A DNA stretch of 55,389 nucleotides, taken from NCBI GenBank assembly GCA_000934665.2, contig JYFJ02002591.1:1-55389 (forward strand). The letters are read 5' to 3'. This document shows, one piece after another, positions 1 to 11,501 of this stretch. The first letter of the stretch is position 1. Each line of letters opens with the position of its first letter. The stretch is from Catajapyx aquilonaris (Eukaryota). The position numbers and the translations under genes were made by a program. Below the pieces are notes generated by a model. The model made no database searches. It had not been told where the DNA came from and worked only from the letters and a program-made list of their open reading frames with translations.

Positions 1-257
1 ATAAAATACTCCTCCAGCTTATCTAGCACTTCTTTTAGCGTACGGTTCTGCTCCTCCGTTTCGAACGTTAGCGTATCATAAATCTGCACAGTGTCTTTTC
101 CAATTACATGCAACAACACTGCTACTTGCACCTGTGCTTGTTTCATTGATAGCCCTGACGCTAGTGCGTACCTTTCGAATCCTTTCCTCCACTTCTGCCA
201 TGCATCCGCAGGACTGTCTGACGCCTGTAGTGGTGCTGGTTGGCTCAGGTGTTGCAT
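1..257 (-). mobile_element. Ty3/Gypsy (Mag-like) LTR retrotransposon gag N-terminus, runs off the window
   Basis: ATG at 257 opens MQHLSQPAPLQASDSPADAWQKWRKGFERYALASGLSMKQAQVQVAVLLHVIGKDTVQIYDTLTFETEEQNRTLKEVLDKLEEYF, a typical Mag-group gag start (W..W...F..Y..A.G...LLH.IG); lies downstream of a PBS and LTR. Confidence 0.85.
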
Positions 258-347
258 CTTGTGTTGGCTTTGCCCTGCTTACTCACCATGCGGTCGTCTA
301 GGCCTGGCTGTTCTTGTGATTTTTTCGGCGTTGATGGCTTTTACACT

Positions 348-363
348 CCACTTCTGGTCACCA
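348..363 (-). promoter_or_regulatory. Primer-binding site (tRNA-Leu-like) of the LTR element
   Basis: Minus strand reads TGGTGACCAGAAGTGG immediately after the LTR end ...TACAACA. Confidence 0.75.
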
Positions 364-566
364 TGTTGTAGTGTGGTAAGTAACAAGCACTTGGGATGTA
401 ATAATCACTGAGATGTATTAATCACTACTTGATACACTTGGATATTGGCGGAGGGATGTGAGGGTGAGTGTGTGTCTGATCAGGAGGAGGTCTATTGTCT
501 CACTCTGGATGGGTTTCTCTCTGGTGATACATCATCTCGCCCGCTAGGCGGCTCTGTATTACAACA
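364..566 (-). mobile_element. 5' LTR (~203 bp)
   Basis: Bounded by TGTTGTA...TACAACA inverted ends (TG...CA) and abuts the PBS. Confidence 0.8.
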
Positions 567-569
567 CAC

Positions 570-760
570 CCCAAGATAATTCCAGGATTGCTTCCTAAAT
601 AATTAGGCCACAGCCGCTTCCTTCCATACCTATCCTATCCCAAAAAGCAAAGTAAAAATGACAGCAAAGAGTTCCAGTCAAAACAAAAATTGGGATGAAC
701 TCCCCCACTAAAGAGCTGCAGGCTGATAACGGGGTATGAATTATTATAATTATAATTATA
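570..760 (+). mobile_element. tRNA-SINE family A, 3' half (interrupted by the LTR element)
   Basis: GGCCACAGCCGCTTCCTT core, CCTATCCTATCCCAAA and 3' tail match the full copy at 48654-48933. Confidence 0.8.
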
Positions 761-2334
761 ATTTATATCACAAATGTATGCCGTATGATTTAATTACAAC
801 ATTGTTTGTGATACCACAAGTGTGAGGTTAGGTTGGTAACAAGTACAGTCCATGGACCGGTGGACAGGTGGACGGGAAGGGGGGGCTTTGTGACGTGGGT
901 TGGGAGTTGAATAAATCAGACAGTAGCCATCATCATGACCTCTTTTAGTGGTATATTTTCAATTCTTCCTATTTGGGTTGTCTGCCCCTTTAACTTGGAT
1001 CTATTGATGACTGGTTGCATCACTGTCACAAAACATCCTCAGCTGGTAAATTAGCAGGAAAATGAAATATTCCATTCTTGTTTATTGTTGACAGCAATGA
1101 TATTTCATTTTCCTGCAAATTCTGTGAAGCTTTTCTCTGGCAATAATTATTGTGCAACATGGCCTGAGTGACATCCACATTGATTAGAGTGACTTTGTTG
1201 AGTTGCAGTGGCAGTTATTTAGAAGAACCGCTGTTTTATTTTAAAATGGGAACATCATCTGGATACAATAAAGGGATGCTCAAAATTTGACATGCTTTCC
1301 ATGGAATGCTTTGGCAGTGAACTACATAACTTCAAGAATTCATAGACAACATAAAGAAAGAAAGCTTTAATAGGGATTGACTTTCCTGTCCCTGGTTATA
1401 ATTTCCGGTGGAAGTTATTTTTTATGATTAATTATTAATAACATTGGATGAAAGAGTGAAACTCTGTTTCTTTTGCTTACAAATGCAGCTTTTCTATTCG
1501 TTGAAAATGTCAACACTGAATATGTTTTGTAATTTGAGAGAAGCACATGAAATATCCTCCGGAGGACCAAGAGTTCTAAATCGGACAAGCTTCTGCTGAA
1601 TCTGGGGTCTGTTATACAGACATGTTGCACTTGGCTTATTTCCTCTTCCTATAGGGAAATGTCATGTACAGTACTAGTACTAGACCTGAATTAGGTTTAT
1701 CCTAAAGTGGGCCACCTGCATCACCCTGCATAGGCCAAACAGGCCTTGGAAATCACTCTCATGAGTGTATAGTTGGATGAGCGGGAAGTGGTTACAGCTG
1801 TTTTCAGTTCCATGCCTGTTTGGTCTCTGTGTGGTGCTGCTGATGGCCCACCTTTCAAGATGAACCTGATTCATGTCTGGTGCGGTACCCTAATTGTGCT
1901 GGTGTCTCTGTCACAATGTAGGTTGTGCAAAACAAAACAAATATTCCTGCTGAATTAGTGTATATTACACAGGCTGTAATTGTAGGCGACTCAGGAATGA
2001 AATGTGTGAAGGCCTTGTAGTTGTCTCAGAGGGTTCAACCTAGTCCTTTTTTTAGATAGATAGATAGGTTTTATTTCCGTTTACGGTTCCCCATCACACG
2101 GAAAGACACTCTTACCCTCGTCATCTTAATTTACAACACAATGTCACATAACTGTAGTTTTTTGGTCACTTATACAAAAAAGTTATACAATGAAAAAACA
2201 TTTATCAATGGCACGTCCCAAAATAATGTATGTATCGAGTAGATAGGTAGGCTACCCTGGAAATATTACCCAAACACTGCCCAACCTAGTCTGCTAGTCA
2301 TTATTTTCTAAACCAATGTGATTAAATTTTTCAG

Positions 2335-2696
2335 GTTTGCAGGCCCAGGTCCGCACCAATGCCAGTCATTCCACTACTGCTCAGGCTGATTTCATTGGCA
2401 TTCCAATATGCAGTAACACAATTTTCGGACAGCAGCATGTTTTGGGAGCTTCCATGGTGGCTGGGGGCCCTATGGGGAGTGGACCAGCTGCAAGGTTTAT
2501 TGCCACAGACCAGCAGCAATATGTGGCTGATGGACGAGGACACATGCTTGCAGGACGAGCTGGGGTTGTTGGTGGTGGTTCTCCTGCTGGCTACAATTCC
2601 ACTGCTAACAGACGCAAGCCATATGGTGGAGATGGGATGGCTCCAGAGGGGGGAGCAGCACAGCTGCAGCCTGGCTGTGGTTGGAGAACCACATAA
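2335..2696 (+). CDS. Possible terminal coding exon, Gly-rich unknown protein
   Basis: ttttcag acceptor at 2334, open frame to TAA, GC content above flanks, AT-rich 3' region with ATTAAA/AATAAA; no upstream exon or domain identified. Confidence 0.3.
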
Positions 2697-3414
2697 GGCA
2701 CAGAAAATAACCAAGTTGAGGAATGTTTAAAATCTACTTGAATGGCCTTAAAGATGATAAAAATAAGCTTTTTAAGAACAAAAAGTGTTAAATCCTTATG
2801 CCATAATTCAAAGTGATCATTCAAGTAGATTTTCGTCAAACTCCTTTACTATTGGCAAAGATTTGCACTAAAAGAAAGCCTTAAAATGATTGAGATGTCT
2901 TGAAATCCTGAGAAAATTAACATATCATGGATTAGATAAATTTTTATTTGGTCATGACGCTCATTTTGTATTTTATTTCATTCTATAATTTTGGGTTTTT
3001 ATTTTTTCCAAAGTTATATTTTAAATATTGCGTATTGCACTTGCATTAAAAGTGGACACGTCTAATCGAGATTTCCTCTAAATCTAGAGAAAAAAAAACA
3101 AAATTAATTGACCAGATACACTGTATACAGTATGTTGTACCCTACATCATTGCCCCCTCCCTGGTTGTGGGATCTTTCGCTTTTCTTTCAGAAAATTTAC
3201 TTTGATTTTTCTCACATTTCAATATTTTAAACAAGTTTGGAATATATTACAGTCATATATGTAGTAGCTAATGAAATGTCTTCTCTATTTACTATAAATA
3301 TAGAGGGTGAAAATAAATTTTCATTGACTATTAGATATATGAGCAAGGTCATTATCAAACCCAGGCTGTCTCATGGTGTCTCCAGCGTGCTACGGTTTTG
3401 ACGAAATTACCTGA

Positions 3415-5372
3415 AATAACTTATCCTCAGTTATCAAAATGGCTATGATTGTCAACGTTAGGAACGCTGGTTCAAACGATCTTGTAAGAAAAAACTTATT
3501 GCAAAACGACATGCATGTTCCTGCATTTATGTGTGAGAGGTATGCTAAAATCACATGTCGAAATGACAAAATACGCGACTGCGGCAGTTTAAAAATTGAA
3601 ACATGTGACATAAATATGGTGTATACCCATTAATAGCCTACTGTGCCTACAAGGTGGCCTCCAAAAATGCAATGTAAGTTATACAGCAGAGCAATACCAG
3701 AAACTTCTGGCAAGGACGATTGAAGGTCAGTCTTCCTCCCCATCACCTTCAGCTCCAACCCTTCTCTTCCTCTTCCTTCGTGCCCCGACGCGACGGAGGA
3801 CATCAGTGATCTAACGCGATCAAAAATCATCATCTTCGCCCAGAAAGTTAGCCTGAAAGTTGGGTTGATGATGGCAGCTTCTCTAATGGATACTCTCTGA
3901 TGAAGTGATGAGATTCCCTGCTTTGAGCATAGGGTCATTCAAGGTCGTCCTTTTTCACCCCCCAAGCACGAGCAAGTTTTTCAAATTGGGATAGGCCCAC
4001 TTGACTTGAATCCTGGTCTTCATGCTGGTGCAGGAGGACCTGTGATTGTTCTTCCTGAGCCTCTCGCACATCTCCTGTCTGGTGCAAGAGAGGGGACGAG
4101 TGATTGCAGTGAATTAAAGAGGAGGTGATTTGATGTGTTAGCCAACACTTACCCTCAGAGTAGTCATCCATATTCGGTGTCTGCTTCACTGGTTGTTCGC
4201 TGCCAATGTAAAGCACCTGCCCACCAAGTCCAAATGTGTCATTACTATACCACCTGGAGGACATTTTGGGCACATTACAATTATTTATCACTTAAGCTGT
4301 ATTTGTGTGTGGGTGTGTGTGTGGGGGGGATTCATTAGTGACTACCCTTTTCACAGGGGAATGTGTCGAAACTTGTCAAAAGCTGTTTTCAATAAAAGTC
4401 ACTAAACAATATGCAGTTGTCATCATCATCACTGTATCAAAGTGAAACTGTCGAATAAATGCTTCACCTATATTTCTATAGAGCACCAGAAAACTCTGTG
4501 CCCTAATTTCTGAAAATATTCATGTTGCTTCATAACAATATATTCTCACTAATTGCTCCACGTGATTTTTGGTACAGAGAAAATAAAGAATGTATAGTTA
4601 ACGATATGTGATCCAATGTGATCCACCACATGTGAGAAAATGCATTACTTTACGCCTCATTTGCCCTACACATACGAAGAAAAACATACAAAATCACCAT
4701 GTCTCGTGTAAAATTGCCTTAGATCTGATGAGAACAATAAGCAACAGTGGACAATTTCCCATTTTCACCAGCGTTTTACCTAACACGTCAGTCTGATGTT
4801 ACGAGTCTGTTTTGAGTGTCCAGGGTTCCTGGTATCACAGAATCCTGCTCTATATTGCACCCAACTTCGGTAAGGAAGCCCGTCATGGGTTGAGGTGCGA
4901 CAGGAGCTGCAGCTGGTGAGTGTAGCAATTAATAATAATACTTGATACAAAATTTTGAAATCAGGGACAGTTGCAATTATAGCAAATATCATATCTGACT
5001 ATTTTTCAAAGCAACTCACTTGTTACAGCAACGTAATCAAATCAGCAACTTCAATAATGAACTTGATTCAATAAATGACAACGCCATAGTTGTGCATATT
5101 TTTGAATAATTATATTTCAATTAGTCTTGAATAGTACACGATATTTAATTGAGACAATTTTTAAAGCCTAAGTGAATGTATATGTACGTTAAATGTGCTG
5201 CTCTTTCTAAATTCCAATAATGTCTCTCGTATCTTTAATTCACTTTTAAGTTGTAGCTAGCCATACCCGTGTCACTTATTGTCCCATCATCATCAGTGTT
5301 GTAGCCCGAAGTTGTGGAAGCAGAAGCTGTAACTGCAGTCAAGTGGGAGACTTCCAGATTCCCATCGCATGA
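3415..5372 (-). pseudogene. Degenerate duplicate of the 3' part (end of exon 4, exons 5-7, 3' UTR) of the polo-like gene
   Basis: Collinear with 11225-13385. Exon blocks ~5372-5267 (CDGNLEVSHLTAVTASASTTSG), 4912-4780, 4253-4152 (FGLGGQVLYIGSEQP) and ~4074-3848 keep splice sites. No kinase domain; two in-frame TGA. Confidence 0.8.
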
Positions 5373-5380
5373 TATTGCCC

Positions 5381-5720
5381 ACAAGTAGCGCAAATTACCC
5401 TCCTGATTACGGGTAAATTAGTCCATCAAGATACCTCTAATTGCCCGCCACCAGCACCTCAAGACGCATGCGCACAGGAATAGTAGCCCCACCCCAGGCC
5501 TGAGCTCCTCCCCTTGCCTCCCATCTCCTCTCCTCCCCCCGTCCCCCGACCCTCAAAGCAAGCAGAGGGCAGCAGCTGCAGGGACGGCATACTACCAAGA
5601 TCGACCAAGATACTACGGCATAGTATCGTACGGCCACACTAGACCGCACGGCGCACACCGTGGCCTCAACACCCACGGTCTCGCACACCCATCGGTACAC
5701 CCACGACCCACCTTACCTGG
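5381..5720. promoter_or_regulatory. GC-rich promoter-like cassette (NRF1/Ewg-type palindrome, GC-box-like), copy 1
   Basis: ACGCATGCGCA at 5464-5474 and CCCCACCCC; homologous to 32224-32650; lies between the divergently oriented WD40 gene and kinase-tail copy. Confidence 0.55.
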
Positions 5721-5752
5721 AGTCTGTTGGAAGGACAGTGACATAGAAAGTT

Positions 5753-8455
5753 ATGGAAAATAACTACCAAGAGGAGGAGAGGGACAACCAAGCACTGAGA
5801 AGTGACCTTGAAGATGAGCCTGTAAGTGAATGCTCATCGACACTGGCAAGGACGTCATCCATAGAGGTAGATACGATCAGTGATTCAGAATCAGTGGATG
5901 CTGTAGACTCCGACATGACAGAGCTGGGACCATGGCCAGCTTTCAACCTGATGGATTATGAGTCAAGGCCAGAGGGTTCTGATGATACTACTACAACACA
6001 GTCAAGTGATGAGCTGCAGAATAAGCTCAAGAAAGTTGAACGGCAGGTAATGAAAGGGACAGCTATAAGGAAAGAAATCATTCGGGAGCTAGCAAGGCGA
6101 AGTGGGAACGACGAAGACAATCAGTTGTCCAGTGAGATCGACGAAGACAATCAGTTGTCCAGTGAGATCTTCGTACTGGAACCAGTACATGTGCCCACAC
6201 GACAGAAATATCAGCAGAAGGCAACACCAACAATAGTGACATTCCCCTCACCAGAAAGGAAACGCATCCAGGCTCATGCAGGTGCTGTGTTAGACATCAA
6301 GGTGGTCTATCCATACCTGTTTACTGCGTCTGAAGATTGCACCGTTTGCTGCTACCATTGTGATACCAACGAAGTTGTGTGTGTTTACGATGGTCATGAG
6401 TCACCGGTCAGGAGCTTGTTGCTGGACATTCCTACACCCAATGAATGTCAACCGCTTAGACTGGACAACGGGAAGGTTTTCACTGGCTGCCTTGACGAAA
6501 AGTTAAGGCAGTTTGACGCTGTCACTGGAGACATCATAACTGTTGTTGATGTCAACAGAGAAGTTTGGTGCATTGATTTTAAGTGGGGCTACATCTTCAT
6601 GGGCCTCTCAGATGGGCGGCTTGCATCGTATAATCTGGAGGTGAGTTAAAAATTGTGAATGGCCTTTCTAATTTTGTGGGATAATAATTCCAGCATGCTA
6701 CGTGAATTAACGTTTAGCCATTGAAAATATGCCCCTAATAATTCTGGATTGCATTGCAGTAATGAATTAAATTGGGCATGTGGTTCTGGTATTTATATTG
6801 TAATGTAGGCTACTGTATATGCTGTAAAAGTTGATTCTGGTCAAAGTTGGGTTAGTAATAAACCAAAAAAGTAAATCTATCACTTGCCCACACTTACTCT
6901 GGTTCATTACTAAGATACTGTTATAATCAGTTACAAAATAATAGTGTCTGTTATGCAATTCAGTTGCAAAAATACCAGAACTGATAATTTTAAAAAAAAA
7001 GTAATATTACCAAACTTTGATTCACCTGATACACTTGTAATTGAATAATTTTGGGATAGCTAATGCACAATACATTACGGTTTCTTTTTGCAGACTCACA
7101 GCCTGGACCACTTTCCTTATACCTGTAAGACTACTCAACCCATTCTTGGATTGAAGGCTCTGACTGATGCTGACAGGGGAGTTTTGATTGTCGCTCCTCG
7201 TTACAGCGGAATTTCTATGATCGATGCCTTCACAGGTATGATTACCTTCCACCACTAAATTATCATTCACAGATTGAATAATTTAATAAAGGACATTAAT
7301 AGCAAGAGAATAATCTGTGGGACACCTACAGTACTTTTGCTCTTGAAGACTTTTGGTGCAAATAGCAAAGAATGTGACGCCCACAAGAAAAGTGAAGCAT
7401 GCAATTACCTATTAGAATTAGTTCACATCATTGAGATATCAAAATTACTTCGTCTACAGTTGCAATAATTTTTTCCTTACAAATTGCCGCAGCACGAAAG
7501 GCAATTATATTAATTAATTAATTCAATATTCATTAATTTCTTCACAGCATTGTCCCAAGCGTGGGACATTTTCAAAACTGTCTCCCATGATAAGGTTTGT
7601 AGTGTCATGAAATATCCACAGCAGATCCAAAGGCAAGAGAAATCAGAAAATAACATTGTATGTACTGGAAAATTATTTAAATCAATATACTTATTTCACA
7701 TTAATGAAGCATATTGAAATCATTTTAATCTTATCTATGTATGAATCCATGTAAGGAAGAGCAATTGGGCTTGCAATTATTATATTATTTAAAGGTACAT
7801 CCCAGCTGGTTTTCTCTATTATCCAGGTTTTGAATTGACGAGCTTCACACAAAGTCAGCCAGTAAATTCAACAAACTGCATGCTGATTGATGAACATTTT
7901 GTCTACTGTTCCACCATCAGTAAGACGTTGGATTCTGGAGACATCTCCGTAAGTTGACTGTTGTTTTCTCACCGAAAGTGATTTGAACACATGATACGAA
8001 AGTGTTTCACAGATCCGGGGAGATGGTTCATGGGAGTATTCCAATGCCGTGAAGGGGGCAGGTTTCACCAACGCCATGGTTCTGTGGAAGCAATTCGTTC
8101 TCTGTGCCTCTCAGTATGGATACATCTACATATACAAGAAGGTGTGTTTCACTGGTATTTGCAGATTTTTATTATAATTCATAATGATCTTATCAACAGT
8201 GACATTTCTTGTATTCTTTCAGGGGGGGGAGTTTGTTGCCAAATTTCCTGGTGCTGGGAAAATGCTTCGCAGCATTACCATTGCGAACGGAAAGGTACGT
8301 GTCTCTTGTTTGAGTCTCTATCCAGCTTAACAAAATATATTTCCGATTATCCTTGTCCGCAGGTTTACTCTGGAAGTGAAGATGGGTGCGTGGAAATTCA
8401 GGGTCTTCTCAGTATTCCTGAACTGCAATGTTTGAAGTCAGCAGAGTACTTTTAA
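5753..8455 (+). CDS. ZNF106: ZNF106-like WD40-repeat protein (~481 aa; acidic N-terminus, coiled coil, WD40 propeller)
   Basis: Exons 5753-6640, 7094-7235, 7827-7948, 8013-8141, 8223-8294, 8363-8455, all GT-AG and phase-consistent (1446 nt). WD40 repeats (AHAGAVLDIKV..YLFTASEDCTV; YDGHESPVRSLL; VFTGCLDEKLR; KWGYIFMGLSDG; VYSGSEDG) follow the recalled order of the ZNF106 C-terminal propeller; divergent paralog. Confidence 0.75.
6110..6169 (+). repeat. In-frame 30-bp tandem duplication (DEDNQLSSEI x2)
   Basis: gacgaagacaatcagttgtccagtgagatc repeated exactly twice within exon 1. Confidence 0.95.
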
Positions 8456-8850
8456 TTTAAAGGGATCAGTTTTACTCTGGCATCAATTTTTGAAGCCTTT
8501 TTGTGTAACATATGCGGAACAAGTTTACAGGCTGTGAATCTAGTTTTGAAATGTTTCATGTCATTTAATGGTGTGGCGCTGTTTCTAGTATACGTTATTC
8601 AATGAATTTTTACCAAGTTTTACCAGAGTTGGTCAAAATGTATCAAATTATGTTAATTGAGGGCCCAAAAGTAAATTTTTCACACTCTGTCAGCATTCAT
8701 AAGATAGGCCATGATTTAATTTAAATGAATCATTTTTACTCTTTGCATCAGTCTTTGAAGTCGTTTTGTGTAATGATGGAAACGAAGTACCGGCTGTGAA
8801 TGGTCATTTAGTGGTACTGTTTCTAGTACATGTATACTCATTTTTACGTA
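8450..8850 (+). repeat. Diverged local tandem duplication in the 3' UTR (~8450-8620 vs ~8715-8850)
   Basis: Shared ttttactct..gcatca..tttgaag..ttttgtgtaa..ggctgtgaat..gtcattta..ctgtttctagta. Confidence 0.7.
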
Positions 8851-8917
8851 GGTTGCTCTAATTTGATCCAATCATGTACTGACCACTCAGTACTGACCAC
8901 TGAGAAGTGCCATAAAA

Positions 8918-10628
8918 AATGTCAAGTTCCTGTATTTCCATACTCTTTTGTTTAAATGTGTCACTATCTCTAGCATTATTAAAGTAATATTATCATATAA
9001 TTTTAGTTTTGCAATTTTATCAATGTGTAATAAGCAGCCTGAATATCTCTTGTAATTCATATATGTCAACTCAAGAAATAAGCCAATAAAGAATCATGAT
9101 TAAAAATTATTCCTGCTGCCTTTACACTTTTTTTTCCTCATTACAATGGCTCAACCTTGTTGTTTAGTGTTAATGTTTGGCCACCTCGAGTACAACACGT
9201 GCGACAAGTTTTAGCATGTGCATGTACTATTAACCGCAAAAGTAATGTGGCACTGTTACGAGATGGCCCCATGCTAAACAGCAAGTCGCGGATGCCATCA
9301 CAACAGTGCGACATTACTTTTGCGGTTAATAGTACAGTATGCAGCATACTATATCGCTCAAAAAGTTGGGAGACGATTTTGCATTGAATCATTTCCATCT
9401 TTTTGAGCGATATGGTACTGTACATCCAGTAGAAGTGCTTCCTAGCATGGAGCATGCATGGCCACAAGTGCATTGCCACCGCAGTCATTCAAGCGCAGTC
9501 TGTGTGAGAGAGGTGGCATCAAATAGCAATGGAGCAACGACGACACAACATTAAGTTCGGCTTCAAATTGGAGTACACCAGTCATGCACACATTATCTGA
9601 TCACAGAGTCCTTCCTTGTACACTTTGATCAATATCTCAATATGTAATGCACCTCCGTCGCTGTCTCCCCCAATTTGTAGCTGATCTTAATGCATCGTTT
9701 ATGCAACGTCACCGCTCAGTGCTCTCATATGCATTGCCCTGGAATGACTGGGGAAGCGGTGCACCTATGGCCACTCATACTCCACGCTACGAAGCGCTTT
9801 CAGACATATCAACCAAAACTTTCAACCACACCACACATTCACATGGCAAAGGACTTCTCAAGACTACTTATTGACAGGTGAATGTGGAGAACATATAATT
9901 ACCAAGAAAATCATCATGCCAATATTCTGGCTAGTTTGGTTGATCTGGAGGAGGCTAGACACTTCTAGAGAATCCGTAGAAAAGCCAGGAGAAGCCCAGA
10001 ACCTTCTAGAACAGCCTAGAGGAGGACTAGAGAGTGTTGTGTGGCACCACCTAGATCAAGCCAGATCATTCGGGAAGGGAGGAGGGGCGCCCTGTTTGGA
10101 TCCAATATAAGGCTGGGGGGACTGGGAGCCACAGCACAGATTCAACAGAGCACAAGGCAGAGGAACTACTCCGCAGACTACGGCCTAACCGCAGACGACT
10201 TGGACCGTGGATGGAGTCCTGACCATTGTGGCACCCAGGAAGATGCCTCAGCTGGCTGACAAGAGTGGAAGGAGCATTGCCATCACCTTCACTGGGCAGC
10301 CTGCAACTGCACAGGTTGACCAAAGGAAGGAAGACGCCAAGGCTGACAGCCAGGAAGTAGGCCAGCATCAGCAATAGATCAAGTCAATGTCCAGTTTTTC
10401 ACTGTATTACCATACTCTTTTGTTTAAATGTGTCACTTTCTTCAGCATTATTATATTAAGTAATATTACCGTATCATTTTTGTTGCTTTTCATTACTCTG
10501 ATATGTAATAACCAGCCTGAATATCTCTTTTGTAATTTATATGTCAAGAAATAAGGCAATAAAGTATCATGATTAAAATTTTCACTCCCTTTTCACTTTT
10601 TTTCCTCATCACAATGGCTGAACCTTGT
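8918..10628 (+). repeat. Direct duplication of a ~240-bp polyadenylation-like cassette (8918-9160 and 10387-10628)
   Basis: Collinear ccatactcttttgtttaaatgtgtcact...cagcctgaatatctctt...caagaaataag.caataaag.atcatgattaaaa...tttttcctcat.acaatggct.aaccttgt. Confidence 0.85.
9345..9420. repeat. Small palindromic MITE-like element (family also at ~31000-31092)
   Basis: atatcgctcaaaaag...ctttttgagcgatat hairpin; related hairpin aaaaagatggagatgattttgcat...atgcgaaatcgtctccatcttttt at 31.0 kb. Confidence 0.65.
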
Positions 10629-11501
10629 CAGTGATGCTCTGTTTGTTTTTTTGCCAATCCCTGAAATGTAACTCATTTTAAAAGATTGTACTTGCATTTT
10701 TTATCAAGCCAAAAACAATTACACATATATAGTATACATCAACTTGGCTCTCAAACGGGTTCACTAACAATATGTACAACGACAATCAATATCCTTCGTT
10801 GCTTCGACGCCTCATCCGCTTCTTGGCTCCAAGAAACTCCCGTCATCGGAACGGTCCCCAAGTGTTAAACGACACATCCTACCAGATCCTACATCTTAGC
10901 GTGCAACCACCGGTATGGCTGTCTTCACCTTCTTCCGGTCCTTCTTACGCACCTCGCACCTATAGCTCCACCATAACGTGTACCAAACACTTTGGATGCG
11001 CTGAAAATATCGGAGATAATATATTTAATAGTTCAGAAGAATATACTTGTCACTGACTGATGTGTATGTTAACGAGATCACTGCAAACCTCACATTATGT
11101 ACACACATACAATTTTTGCTTGTAAGGTATTTAAAAATTGGGGAAACCTATTTGTACAATTCACATCACGAGTGACAAAAATATAAGTATACTCGAATAT
11201 TTAGGTTTGGAACACACACCAAAATAACTGATCCTCATCAGGCATAAAAATGGCTGTAATTTTCAACTTTAGGAACGTAGTCGTGGTCCCATTAATACGG
11301 TTCCTGCAAGGTGGCCTCCAAAAATGCAACATTCAGTGCAATATATCAGGAACTTTTGGCAACATTAATATCTAACTGGAGGAATGCAAGTGAAGGCCCC
11401 TTCACCCTCAGCTCCAACCCTTCTCTTCCTCTTCCTTCATGACCCGACGGAGGACATCAGTGATCTAACGCAATCATAACGCCTCATCTTCACCCAAGAA
11501 G

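Noticed and set aside
91..411. Cys-rich plus-strand ORF
   Set aside because: Antisense shadow of the gag frame and LTR
7549..7595. Extra exon in the WD40 gene
   Set aside because: Ends in phase 0 while the next exon needs phase 1; skipping it gives a contiguous WD40 repeat
10860..11000. Ribosomal protein L37a-like fragment (FGTRYG, minus strand)
   Set aside because: Only a five-residue coincidence; no zinc-ribbon cysteines and early stops
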